Source: the human T2T-CHM13v2.0 reference genome, Homo sapiens. Taken from it: a DNA stretch of 64,000 nucleotides. The stretch is from the NCBI RefSeq assembly GCF_009914755.1, contig NC_060936.1. One strand, 5' to 3'. Below, one piece after another: positions 27,151-39,908 of this stretch (positions within the stretch are counted from its first letter, which is position 1; every line of letters starts with the position of its first letter). The notes under the pieces are model-generated. The model was not told where the DNA came from and ran no database searches. It worked only from the letters and a program-made list of their open reading frames with translations. Position numbers and translations under genes: made by a program.

Positions 27151-28682
27151 AACTGGCAGTGTGCTGCCACATTGTAAGACAGAGGCTGGAATTCTGACAC
27201 AGGAACTGTGGAGACAATCAACTTCACTTTGGTGGTGACCAGCAGGCCAAGGGATGGCGGGAGAGCTTCTATTCCCTTGTGAGCAAGGTTAGTGTTGAAC
27301 ACAAAATTAAAAACTCAACTGCTATATTTCTCTGAAAGCATGTGTTATCCCAGAACATCAGACTATAAAATCACATTCAGAAACTGATGCAGAGTATCTA
27401 GTCCATTCACAGAGCAGCACAGACAAACCTAAAGGCAAACACTTTTCAGCTGATTTAAATCTTTTCAGGATTACTCTTAAAAAAAAAACCTGCAAGATTA
27501 TTCTTATTATTTCTCTTCTGCCGTTAAAACGTGCTTCCTCTAAAAGCAAAGTCTAGGGTTGTTTGGCTCACAGAAAATGTCACCATTCTTTACTTAATCT
27601 TATTATATAAAGTCTTAAGGGCTTTCTTAAACAGCTAACTTTCAATGTGTATTGTAGCTGGCAAGGCAGTGATGGACTATTTCTATAAAATCACCTGGAA
27701 AATGTATCAGTGGGTTTTCCCGCACAACAGTAAAACCTGCTGCCACATATTCGAAGGGAGCATTGGCCAATTACCATCCTAAAAAATGAACTGCCCACTG
27801 CTTCCCATCCATTTCTTAAGCAAACTTCCTTTCCAGTTTATTTTCCATAATGTAACCGTTCTAGGGCACCACAAGCTGGGCTCGTTCAGACCATATTTGT
27901 TGAAAAAGGTGCCACTGAGCTTTGCCAGTGGGAAAAAGAGACAGACCAGCTATTAATCCATATCCACACAGGAAAGAAACAGGCTATTTTTGCTTCTAAA
28001 AGCTTTTAAAAAGAAGGAAAAAAAAAATCACTCCTTGAAGCTGCTTTGTAGCTTTGTAGGCAAGCTGGCTGGCACCAGTAAAGACAACTGAAGATGAGGC
28101 TCATATCAGAGGTAGTATGAGGGATGGAAAGGAGGTTTCAGACAGATTCACTGACGTATGTCTCCAAGACACCCCTCATCCTCTAGGTCTCTCCAGCCAA
28201 AGCTGAGGAAGGGTTTTGCGATTGCTGTAGCGATTCAGGCAAAAACAAACATGACCATTTATGCATGAGCTCTGCAAAGCAGACCTAAAGTAATACAGTC
28301 AAAAGTATGTCAAAACTTCATAAAAATATAGAAAATATAAAATTGGTTGCTTGGCAGCCTTGTTACCTGGAAACATCAATTTGTTTTTTCTCCCAGGTAA
28401 CATGACAAATTTAGGTTTTTCACTTAGAGTCAGAAAATGACAAATTAAGGATGATTTCCTTGGGCAAGTTCTGCTGTGGCAGAACCCCTCAATTACAGGA
28501 ATAAACCAGGGGTGGCTATGAGAAGCAGGAGTACAGGAATCAGCATTCCATGAACAAGGACTGTAACCTCCAGGAAGGGCTTCTACTGGTGGAAAGCCAA
28601 CAAGGACTTGCCTCCCAAGACAACCAATTTGCCCCAACATCATCACACTGGTACCCATGTTTCCTGTTCATACGTGCTGCAC

Positions 28683-29075
28683 TATCTCAGCCTGTTTAGT
28701 GTTGCTGTAAGGAATACCTGAGACTGAATAATTTACAAAAGAGGTTTATTTGGTTCACAGCTCTGTAGGCTATACAGGAAGCATGACACAAGCATGTGAT
28801 TCTTGTGAGAGCCTCAGGCTGCTTCCACTCATGGTAGAAGGGGAGGGGGAGCTGGCTGTGTCACATGGAGAGACAGAGACAGCAGGTGCCAGGCTCTTTT
28901 TACCAGCCAGCTCTCACAGGAATTAATAGCGAACTCACTCACCCTCCACCCCACTATAATCTTTTCATGGGGAATCCACCACCATATCCCAAACACCTGC
29001 ATTAGGTCCCACCTACAACACTGGGGACAAATTTCAACATGAGATTTGGAGGGGACAAACATCCAAACTATAGCA
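28683..29075 (-). mobile_element. MST (MSTB-like) solo LTR
   Basis: Ends gagatttggaggggacaaacatccaaactatagca; TSD tgcac/tccac. Confidence 0.9.
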
Positions 29076-30246
29076 TCCACCATGCTCTGCAAAGGAATTA
29101 AGGCAGTTTAGAAAAACCATTTATTAAATGTATAAACAAATCAAATTTTTAAATAAATATGATAGTGTTACCTAAACTAGTACATGAGAAGATTTTAAGT
29201 AATATGCAAATTACCTGCTTTCGATGTTTTACCTATATTTTTATCCACATTTTTAAAAATACAACTTGCACATAGAACTTACGCTTTCACACACTAGATA
29301 TCTGTCCTAAGCAAGGTTAGAGTTATTTAGAATTTCTGAACGAGTGTATTCCCAGAAATAGTTAAGTAAAGAGCACTACAGGTGTTAAATGTAAATGGCA
29401 AAAATGTAAAGTTGGTTTATCCACATGTGATAGATTTAGGGACTACTTAATGAGGAAGCTGACACCATGAGGAGACTCACATGTTCCTGCTGAAGTCCTG
29501 GGGTGCTGACCCATGAATGAGGCTCTTTAGTTTTCCTGTTCCAAGAAATACTTACCATGAACTATTTCTCTGGATAGATAGAGCCCTGCTTCCTGAACTG
29601 AATGCAGGTTGTGGGATGATGCTCTTTATTGCCTAGTACTCCAGCAGAGGAAGGGGATCCATTCATTGCTGACTGGGGACAATATCCCTTCTCCACCCTT
29701 AATGAATGCCACCACGTTTGTCTGTCCCTGAAGGAAATACAGTCTGGCCTTCATGATTTAAAGTTTTTTACTGAAGGGACTCCAGTGAAGTTTCCAAAGC
29801 TTGACAAAATGTCTTTGGGGCAGGGCATAGGGATGGAGGAAGGAGCTGAGTAAGAAATTATGCCTTTGGCCCAACCACCTGAATCTCTCATTACACATGA
29901 GGAACTAGGCCCTCCAAGGTGCAGACTTTACCTCATCCATTATCAACCCTCCCCATGCCCAGGCCTCCCTGCTTATACTCTCCCACCCTCCCCACACACA
30001 CCTTGCCTTCTTACGGAATTCTGACAATGAAGAAAGCCTAACCCAAAGTACTGCTTCCTATTCTCTGTGTGTGTTTAGGGGATGTTGCAAAGGGAGGGAT
30101 TCTCAGATACCAACACACATTACCCATTTACTAAAATCGTGTTATGTTACAAATTTTCTTGTAAGAATTCTATCGATCCTATCAAAAATGGGATGCGGAA
30201 TAATCATGGTTCCTCAGAGAAATGTTCTCCTAGGTCTTCATATGGA

Positions 30247-30568
30247 GTGGCAGTCCCCAACCTTTTTGGCACCAGGGAATGGTTTTGTGGAAGACAATTT
30301 TTCCACAGATGGGGTAAGGGGTGGTGGATGTTTTGGGGATGAAATTGTTCCACCTCAGATCATCAGGCATTAGATTCTCATAAGGAGCATACAACCTAGA
30401 TCCCTTGCATGCGCAGTTCACAATAGGGTTTGAGCTCCTATAAGAATCTAATGCTGCCACTGATCTGACAGGAGGTGGAGCTCAGGCAGTGATGCATGCT
30501 GGCCTGTCACTCACCTCCTGCTGTGCAGCCAGGTTCCTAACAAGCCATGGACCAGTACAAACTCCTGA
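30247..30568. mobile_element. MER1B (hAT-Charlie MITE) with a deletion near the right end
   Basis: gtccccaacctttttggcaccaggga...cctcagatcatcaggcattagattctcataaggagc. Confidence 0.9.
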
Positions 30569-30614
30569 TGTGTAGGACATCAGCAACATCCCCTACAAAG
30601 AATGGCCAGTGGCT

Positions 30615-30951
<337 letters not shown>

Positions 30952-31801
30952 TCATCTGTGTAAGCTGGGGAGTGCTTAAACACCTTGTAATTATTTGTTT
31001 ATATGTCTGTCCCCTCCTTCTAAACTAATTAATTTCTTGAGGGCAGGTTGTATATAGACACGTTTCTATCTTCAATGCCAAGCACAATACCAGGCTTTAA
31101 AAGTGTTTACTAAGTGAATGAATAATCACAAGACAAATGTTTGAAGATAAAGGAACTGAAATACTATGTTGAAATAGGAAATAGAGATTAAAAAAAAATC
31201 AACAACTACGTTATTTACACCAAGAAATCTGCTAAGGAGCAGTAAACAGCAGACAGGAGTGTTTTACCCAAGATGTCCCCACGGCTTTCCTGTCTATCAA
31301 AGTTATTATATGTGTGCTCAGCTTTCCCTTATGTTTCCCCCATATAGGCTCAGATTCCACAGTTTCCATGTAGCTATATTTATCCCTACACTTCATTTTG
31401 GACACAATATGGGCCCACGAGCCTATAGGGGAAAAAATGAAACCATAAGGCAGAGTGACCTAGATTCTCTTTTGGGGTCCCTTGAGCCCACGCTATATGT
31501 AGGCCATTTGGTTTGAGTGACAAGCAGACCAGTGAATGATACTAGATTGTCTTTAATTTGTAGCTGCATATCATAATCAATCAGTCTTTTAAAGAGAAAG
31601 GAGGCTCTGGGGAAGTAGAGCTTGGAATATGGTCTGCTTAGTGATGTGTGCTAAAAAAGGAAGACAGAATGTTTAGCATAAATGGACATATTGTTACATA
31701 AGGCTTTTTTTGGACAAAAATATCAAAGATGGTAGAATCTCCTTCTCCCCCACTCCCATCCCAGTATACATACTCAGAAGCAAGTTCCCATGTAAATGGT
31801 T

Positions 31802-32286
31802 TATTTTAGTTTGCTAGGGCTGCCACAACAAAATACCAGACTGGGTGGCTTAAACAACACAAATTTATCTTCTCACAGTTCTGAACACTGGAAATCCAAG
31901 ATCAAGGTAGGGGCAGGGTGGGTTTCCCCTGAGGCCTTTCTCCTTGGCTTGCAGATGGTCACCTTTTCGAGGTATACTCACATGGTCTTTCCCCTGTGTG
32001 CAGGCACCTCTGGATCTCTCTGTATGTCCAAATTTATTCTCTTTTTACAAGGAATCAGTCAGACTGGATTAGGGCCCAACCAAACATTGTCATTTTAACT
32101 TAATTGCCTCTTGAAAGGTCCTATCTCCAATAGGCTTTTAGGCCTTTGGGCTAAGGCCTAGTGTAGTATCTGTTCTTATCAGTTTAAAGTTCCTATCTCC
32201 AAATACAGTCACACTCTGGAGTACTGGGGGTAGGGCTTCAACACACAAATGGGAACAGGGTGGGGGGATACAATTAGCCCATAACA
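31802..32286 (-). mobile_element. MLT1 (MLT1B-like) solo LTR hosting a U2 retrocopy
   Basis: tattttagtttgctagggctgcc...caattagcccataaca; perfect TSD tggtt (31797-31801 / 32287-32291). Confidence 0.9.
32131..32187 (+). pseudogene. 3'-truncated U2 snRNA retropseudogene (U2 nt ~1-57)
   Basis: 32161-32187 gtgtagtatctgttcttatcagtttaa equals U2 nt 31-57, including the branch-point recognition sequence GUAGUA; the upstream 30 nt align without gaps to U2 nt 1-30. TSD aaaggtcctatctccaa (32114-32130) / aaagttcctatctccaa (32186-32202). Confidence 0.92.
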
Positions 32287-33542
32287 TGGTTGCATACCAT
32301 ATTCTTTGAATGTAAAAGTCCCAGTGCCAACCTAATCAGTAAATGGCTTGACTTGTCACTGCAGAGGTACTTTTGAATGATATTGAGGTGAAGGAAGGAA
32401 CTAAGCATAATAACAAGAAAATTAGAGATTGTTTTCCAAGGAAAACAGATGAGGCTGCAGACTGAGGACCAAGACTTTGGATTATTTTGTTTTTAAAACA
32501 AAACAAACAGGATGTCACGTTCAAACTAAACCTGGTGCGAAAAACTCAATACTTTCTGGTCCAAGCAGATAACATCAATGTGGGCTTCAGCCTACTGTTC
32601 AAAAAAAAAAGGCAAATGGAAGAGAATGACAGTAGCAAACTGGAGAGGCTATGTCCTAAAGGCAATCAAACTCCATTTTTTTCAAACACATTAGCCAGTT
32701 TGTGAGCCCTGAAGTAGATGCTGAAGAACATCTTTGCTATACGCTCAAAAGATGTCTTTCCCATATGTCCCATGACGGTTCTTCTTTTCTCTCCTCGTTT
32801 TTCTCTAACACTGTTCAGAAAAGTTCTTTGATTTGGTGGCAGCCCAGGGCTTCAAGCTGCTGACCTACAGTTGGAGCATCACAGGAGCCAACTACCCTGT
32901 TCCCAATCAGTGCTGGCCATGAAGGCAGTCACTCTCTTGCAAGCACGTTCTTGCCTCATTACCCTTCTCCTTTAACTTTGGTTGTCACATGGACGGCAGC
33001 ATGCTTGAGGCCTGGATGAAACTCCAGGACCAGAAAACTAGGACATATGCAAACCTGCAGGGCCTATCAAGCATTGAGTCAGAGCCAGAGGAGCAACAGA
33101 AATCAAGGATTTGTGAATGCTATGAGGGAACATCAGTTGGCACATCCAGAATCTAAGCCAGTGGTTCCTAACAGAGAGTAATAAGTAGATGAGGGGATAT
33201 TTCCGATTTATTTAGGAACCCTTTTCAAAATACAGATGCCTACTCCCTGCTAACCTCTACTGAATTTGTATGACAGGAATAGACTTAGCGGCCAATGGTG
33301 TCTCAAGAACAAAGGGAATCAGAAAAGGTATAAACTGAAGCAATTTGTTTAGTCATAGCTACCTGAATAATCTCTTCATCTGGTAGTGTTAGGAGATAAA
33401 ACTTACTCCTCTTTCCTCACGTCTCCTCTCTAAGAGAAGAACTTTTAGTGTCACTTCTGGCCTACCCACTCCTATAATTGCTCTACCTCAAGGGATTTGG
33501 AAAAATTTATCTTATGGGTGAATTTGGGAATAATAAACTGGA

Positions 33543-33880
33543 TGTCTTAATTTAGGTGGCTTAAACAAAAAAAAAATTTATTTCTCACAGTTCTGAAGGC
33601 TGGGAAGTCTAAGATTAATGTATAGGAAGATTCACACATTATGATGAGGACTCCCTTCGTGGTTCATAGAGTATTATTTTCTTACTGTGTCCTCAGATTG
33701 CAGAAAGAAGGCAAGAGAACTTTCTCTGAGATCCCTTTCATAAGGCACCAATCCCATCCATGTGGGCTCCACCCGCAAGACCTAATCATCTCCCAAAGGC
33801 TGCACCTCCTGATACCATCACATTAGGGTTAGGATTTCAACATATAAATTTTGGGGGGATACAAATATTTAGTCCATTCT
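33543..33880 (-). mobile_element. MLT1A-like LTR
   Basis: tttatttctcacagttctgaaggctgggaagtctaag...gttaggatttcaacatataaattttggggg. Confidence 0.85.
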
Positions 33881-34312
33881 ACTGGGCATGCTTAACTCAG
33901 CCCTGCCCTTCTTCCTGTTTAGGAAGCAGCTTGCCCAGAAACAGTGTAGGTTACCCTTAGGACCAGCTCTGCCCAACAGCAGGGGTGGAGATGATATATA
34001 TGTCTTGGTCCAATATTGGATGTGTCTGTTTGATAAGCCTGCCAAATTCTGGGGTTCAGTATGAGTAAGGTCATTTTGATAACAGACCTAAAGCTCAATC
34101 TTCTAAACTGCTGTTTGTCCTACATCTGTCATTCTTTTTTGTACAGAGCCTGAGCATACAAAAGTACCAACAGTAAAATCATATTAAACTCTTTTGTGGT
34201 AATAATGATGAAATATGAGATTGCTCTGTGATTAACAAGAGTGTGAGGAGAAGTGGTGCTAGTCCTTAACAGGTAATGTCTCTGATACTGGCACGAGTAA
34301 ACATGAAGGTAA

Positions 34313-34314
<2 letters not shown>

Positions 34315-34351
<37 letters not shown>
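34315..34351. repeat. (CA)n microsatellite
   Basis: Direct. Confidence 0.95.
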
Positions 34352-34353
<2 letters not shown>

Positions 34354-35359
34354 CTTACATATGTAGTATCTCCTATATCAAAATAGAGCCTATAACACTT
34401 CAGGGCACAAACTAGTAGTTCTTTCTATTAAAGTCTCCACAATACAATCACTTAATTCTGTAGCATCTACCTGCATATCAAATATCTTTGAAATATGTAA
34501 TTTTAAATTACAAAACATAACCCCATTTGAAAAATTCATCATCTATAACCAAACAATACATCAAATCTAGAGGTTTGTCCTGTAATCTTTAAGAGTATAC
34601 CACATGTTATCAAAACCCATGACATTTTTCTGAGGTTAGTATAGAACATACTAACTCAATATGAAAAATATTATTTTTCAATATGGCTAACATTTCAACT
34701 ATCTAGGAAACAGTTGAAACAGTAACCTACTTGGTTTAGTCAAAAGATATTTATTAACATTTGCTAAAGGCCAGAGTAAATGAGAAATACACTTAAGTCT
34801 TGTTTCAAAAAAAATGAAAGGTAAGAAAAATAACCTATTAATTTGGGGTAAATAAAGGAGCTGTAGCAAGTAGGGGTGGGATGACTCAAAAGACAATTCC
34901 ACACAGACTTTGTTTTGTATGGCCAAGTCCTTCAAAACAATGAGGCTGAATTTCCCCAAAAGATGACATTTTGGAGGCTGCTGGATTCTAGAATTAAAGA
35001 GAGCTTCTTGACGTGAATGAGTTTTGGGAGGAAGAGAAATGTTATATGTTTTCTGAAATAGAGCAGAGACCTTGCAAAGCACTACTCCAAAATTAAGTAG
35101 CAACTCATGTAGGAAAGGGTGTGTAGGTGCCTTAAGATGGCCACTATGAAGTCTGACGGTCCCCATCTATAGTCAAGCTTTGCACTGAGAGATGCCTGTC
35201 TCTGCAAAACACTGGACCCTGGACTGAGAGCTTCCACAGAACTGACCACAATGGATGTCTTCTTTTCTGGAACTGAATAAGTCTTCAGGTTCTTGTACCA
35301 CATAAGGGAGTGAGGAGAGCGTACAGTGTTATCCATATCACCCTTCTTGATAACCAAAT

Positions 35360-36058
35360 AAAGAAATATTACGCTGGATCTGTTCTATTAAATTCCTTGT
35401 TAATTCATGAAATTATTTCACACACTGCATCATCCTGCCATCTGCACGCTAGATTGTGTTTTATCAACATGGCATTGCCACTCCAGTCTGAGGCTGGAAA
35501 CATCTTCCAAATACCCTTCCCATAATGTCCTGGGTTAAATCTGGCCACGAGAGGTCCCTATGTGACATTTGGAAAGCAGAAGAGCGACAGAAGCCATTAC
35601 TCTGGGAAGATGATGGCAATCAGACAAGGTGAAGACAGTGTAAATGTGCCTAAAGGGCTCTGGCTTTCAGCTTGTTTTCTCAGCTTCTGGCTGTGCCAAC
35701 CAAAAGTAACTCACACCGATCACCAAATACTTGGCCGTATTTCCCTTAGAGGTAGCAGCTTCCACAGACCTCACTATGAGCTCTCCCTTTACATTGCACT
35801 TCAGTGGAATACTTTTTGGCAAATTCTGCTTAAAACCAACATTTTGGGGGTTTCTGTGTTGAGAATTTTCCCACAAGTTTTGCCCTGCACATCAGCACCA
35901 ATGCTTCAGGCTGTGGTGTTAGTGACTTTTTCTGATCTTCTGATTCCTCTCTTCTTGATCTTCACTTTCCTAGCTCCTCCCACATATGCATATGTCCTAA
36001 TTTCTACAGTAAATCCCATAATATTTTAGTGATTGTTTTCTTGAGTGAATCCTGATGG
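35360..36058 (+). mobile_element. Probable ERVL-class LTR (LTR41/LTR33-like) adjoining the internal region
   Basis: gaaagcagaagag...gaagccattactct motif; ends gtttcttgagtgaatcctgat directly before ERVL internal sequence. Left boundary uncertain. Confidence 0.55.
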
Positions 36059-36061
36059 TTT

Positions 36062-37870
36062 AAGCTTGGTACTGAATGTGTTTTCAAATGAAAAGACTCT
36101 CAGGGGAAGGAATCTGAAATTTATTCTCTGTTCTGATTAAATACAATAATTTATATTTATTATATCAATATATATATTACATAGAAGCATTAATAACTCT
36201 GCTGCTATTAGTTAATGGTCTAATAGTAGTCCATAATATCCAGTGGCAAAAAACTGAAATTATGACTTGAAAACACCTGCAAGTGAGTGCCAACAAAAGC
36301 GAAGGGTTTTTGGGTGACCAAGTTGCTGCATCCATCTGATATTATATTAGAAATTAAGAAAATAAAAACTGAGGAGTTCTTTGTCTACTCGTGGAGCTTG
36401 CAGGAAGAAAATTGTCATTTCAGAGGTTTAAATTTTCCAATCATGACACAGTAAGGATCTAGAAAAACATTCGTAATTTCCCTGAAAAAAAAAAATTCCT
36501 ACCTCCTGTACACATGGGATCCATATTTCTGAAAACTAAACCCAAAGTCAGAACTTATAGGTCACTAAATTACAGTGCAAATTGAATTCATAGCTGAGGA
36601 TCTTGAATACCCCAATTCTGCTGAATCCTTCCCTTCTAAAAAATAAATAAATAAATAAAAATAAAAAAGCAGCTCCTCATTTCTTCTCTGAAGAACTTGC
36701 AATGACCTTTCCTAAGATAGTGGCTTTGCAGGAAATAATGATCCTCCTCAAGACTCATCCCTACCACTTCTCATTGTTTCTAGACCTATAACCAGCCTCA
36801 GGTCCCAGTAGGACCCGGGAGCTGGGTACAAACGGTGGCCCAGGAAGAGGTCCCATGTAGCCCAAAATAATTACCAGATTTTACCAGTTTATACTGATGA
36901 AAACCTGGGGAATATATATGTGAATGGATTTTAGGGATATTGGATCAGGCTGGGAAGAAATTCATGTTGGATTGGGCTACATTTATTTATGAGGTGCACT
37001 AATCAGATATTCTGAATTCGGTGTATTATCTTGAGCACATTGGCATGGTTCTAACAGTTTGCTTAAACCTGGACCCAAAGGTGACCTAAGCTGAATAAAG
37101 TTGAGATGCCAATTCTCTATTGTATCCAAATGCTTATGGAGATTGGAAGGCTGGAGTGTATTTAGGTGCCCGCCTATTGCCTACGTGTGTCTCCTGGAAG
37201 ATTTCAGAGGACAGTCTCCTTCTCCAAGGTTTTATAAAATTGCTGAAGGTGCAAAGCATCCCAGAAATACTGTGTGGTGGCTGTCCTCTAAAGGATGGAA
37301 ATGACAGGAGCAGATGCTTCATTTAACTGGGCTCCTGAATTGAGTGGAGATGATGGGACCCCAGATGATGGGAAACAAGTAGCAGCACTTGATCTCCAGC
37401 CAGGGGCTTATAGTTACTGTAGTGGGCAGAAAAGCTAAGTAATCAGGGCATTTTCAACTACAAAGTTATTTGGTGTTGGCTAATTGATTGTTCTGTCACG
37501 AGGACTGAAATAGATGGGCAGACTCCTAAAGTTTAATTTGATTTGTCTTGCTCTGGTAAGGAGAAGTCTGTCTTGAATCACTTTCATACAGAGTTGGGGC
37601 TCTTCAACCAGTTTCCAGATGTTAGCTTGTTACCAGTCCCTGAGCCCCTTACATGGAGAAAAGACCAGGTCTTCTTTAAGACAATCCTTCTACTCTTTTA
37701 AAACATACAGTGTAAATCTTCCTCTAATACTTTTCTAAAGAGACTGGCAACCATTTACCTATTAACCAGATTAATTGTGCATTAGAGAAAGAAATTAGCC
37801 AATTTTTTTAAGCAAATTCTGTTCAATAGCTCTGAACCAACATGAATTCCTAGGAATCCAAAACTCTATT
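36062..37870 (+). mobile_element. ERVL internal region relic (gag to start of protease)
   Basis: aaacctggggaatatatgtgaatggattttagggatattggatcag resembles ERVL gag (K-P-G-E-Y-x-W-E-W-I-L-R-x-x-D); many stops and frameshifts. Confidence 0.8.
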
Positions 37871-37871
37871 A

Positions 37872-37990
37872 TTGCTATAGCTTGACTGTCCCCTCCAAAA
37901 CTCCTGTTGAAATTTAATTGCCATTGTGATAGTGTTGAGATGGAACCTTGATCAAAAAATGAGTTATTAGCTAATGAAAGGGGTCATGAG
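37872..37990 (+). mobile_element. MST-type LTR 5' fragment
   Basis: tgctatagcttgactgtcccctccaaaactcctgttgaaatttaattgcc. Confidence 0.7.
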
Positions 37991-39431
37991 TTATAGTTAA
38001 TTTCTGTTTATTCAGTTTATTCTAACTACAGTATAATATTTAGTTTAGGAATAAAGGGAATGACATTAGTAAAATAGGTAAGCCAAATTTTATAGTACCT
38101 TGAATTCTCATAGCCAAGTCTCAACACTATCATTTGATGAGCCTGTTTTCTGTAAATTGCTCCTAAAAGAGGGAATTTTTATTTAACTATCATGTTGAGT
38201 GTAGCAAAATGATTGGTGTGAATTTACTTTGGAGATTTGCAAACTCAAGGCAGTTTTTCAACTGGAGTGGGTGAGATTGGTGGAGGCTCCAGGTTAAACC
38301 ATTGTAAATTCCAGACTACTCTACATGATGAGGGCACTTAGCAAAAATAAAAGCAATGTGGAAAAAAAAAACACCTTTTTGTAAAATTCAGTTTTTATAG
38401 CATTAATCTCCCTGTGAGATAATAATCTCCAGACATAATAAATGAGAGAGAGTGAGCAGAATCCATCTTAGAACAGATTCTCCTCTCCACACACTAATTT
38501 CTTCTTAAACGTTTCAAAATTCAAAAGGTGAAGTGATATAGAAACTGATCAAACATCAACCCCAAAGCGTATGAGAAATACTATGTTCATGTTGTTAAAT
38601 TGTGGATTATTGTTTCTCTGCATATTTACCAGTGAACTAAAGGTTAATTCTCTGTCTGTAAATTAAATGGATTTGTAATTAGAGCCTTTTGCTTAATTTG
38701 CTTTAAAGATCATTCCTGTTTATGTGTTGACCGCAATTTCACTTTTAAATGTAATTGCTTTTAAATCCCAGAGGATGCTAATGTAGATTCAGATCAATAC
38801 ATTTTAATACTGAAAACTATGATCAAGGATTAACAATGTAAATTTTTATAAAGAAAGTTAAGTGTAGCTATCTCTGTGTCCCTCTTGTTGGTGGCTTCCA
38901 ATTAGATGTTGCTGAGAGCTTAACCTCCAGAAGCTCTAGAACATTGTACACCTGCAGCAGCCTCCCCAGCCACATTCATTGTGGAGCATGGGCAAGAACA
39001 CAAACTCTTTAGTAAGTCAGTCTTACCAGACAGAGCCCAGGAAACAGGAAAAATAATAACTACAATCCAAGCAGTTCCTATTTTTCATGTCTATGTTGAA
39101 CCTCTTTGAAAAGTCATCTCCAAAGGTTAGGGGAGACTTTAGACTGAGTCCAGGATATTTCACTTGTACTGCAGCCCATGGGTCAGACATGTCCCAAAGC
39201 TAAATGATTTATCCCAACTTTTTACATCACAAACTCTTCCCTGAGCCAGACTGCGTGGTGGCTGGGCAACTGTACTTAGTGATTATTTTTAAAACGTCAC
39301 TGTGTTTCACTGGACAAGAATGAGACAAAGAAAGTTATCTTTACTTGAACTCTTCTCAGAGAAAACTGCTTATAGATGGAAGGAATAAACTCCTCTAAAG
39401 ATGGGGGCACAGGTTAGGGGAGATTGGACAC

Positions 39432-39808
39432 TGACATGGTTAGGCTGTGTCCCCACCCAAATCTCATCTTGAATTGGAGTTCCCATAATCCTCAAGTGTA
39501 GTGGGAGGGGGCCGGTGGGAGGTAATTGAATCATGGGGATGATTACTTCCATGCTGTTCTCAGTGATAGTGGGTGAGTTCTCACAAGATTTGATGGTTTT
39601 ATAAAGGGCTTGTCCCTTCGCTCATCCTCTTTATTTTCTCTCCTGCCACTACGTGAAGAAAGATGTGTTGCTTCCCCTTCCATCATGATTGTAAGGTTCC
39701 TGAGGCCTCCCAAGCTGTGCGGAACTGTGAGTCAATTAAACCTCTTTTCTTTATAAATTACCCAGTCTTGGATATTTCTTCATAGCAGTGTGAGAACAGA
39801 CTGATACA
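39432..39808 (+). mobile_element. THE1 (THE1D-like) solo LTR
   Basis: tgacatggttaggctgtgtccccacccaaatctc...gagaacagactgataca; TSD gacac/ggcac. Confidence 0.92.
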
Positions 39809-39873
39809 GGCACCCTCAGGACCTTGCTGACACTGCCTTCCTTCTAAGGAAGCTACATCTGACTGACCACAGG

Positions 39874-39905
<32 letters not shown>
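39874..39905. repeat. (TG)n microsatellite
   Basis: Direct. Confidence 0.9.

Positions 39906-39908
<3 letters not shown>

Noticed and set aside
34699-36029. Two 155-aa ORFs
   Set aside because: No domain similarity; the second lies in LTR-like sequence; lengths are compatible with chance.
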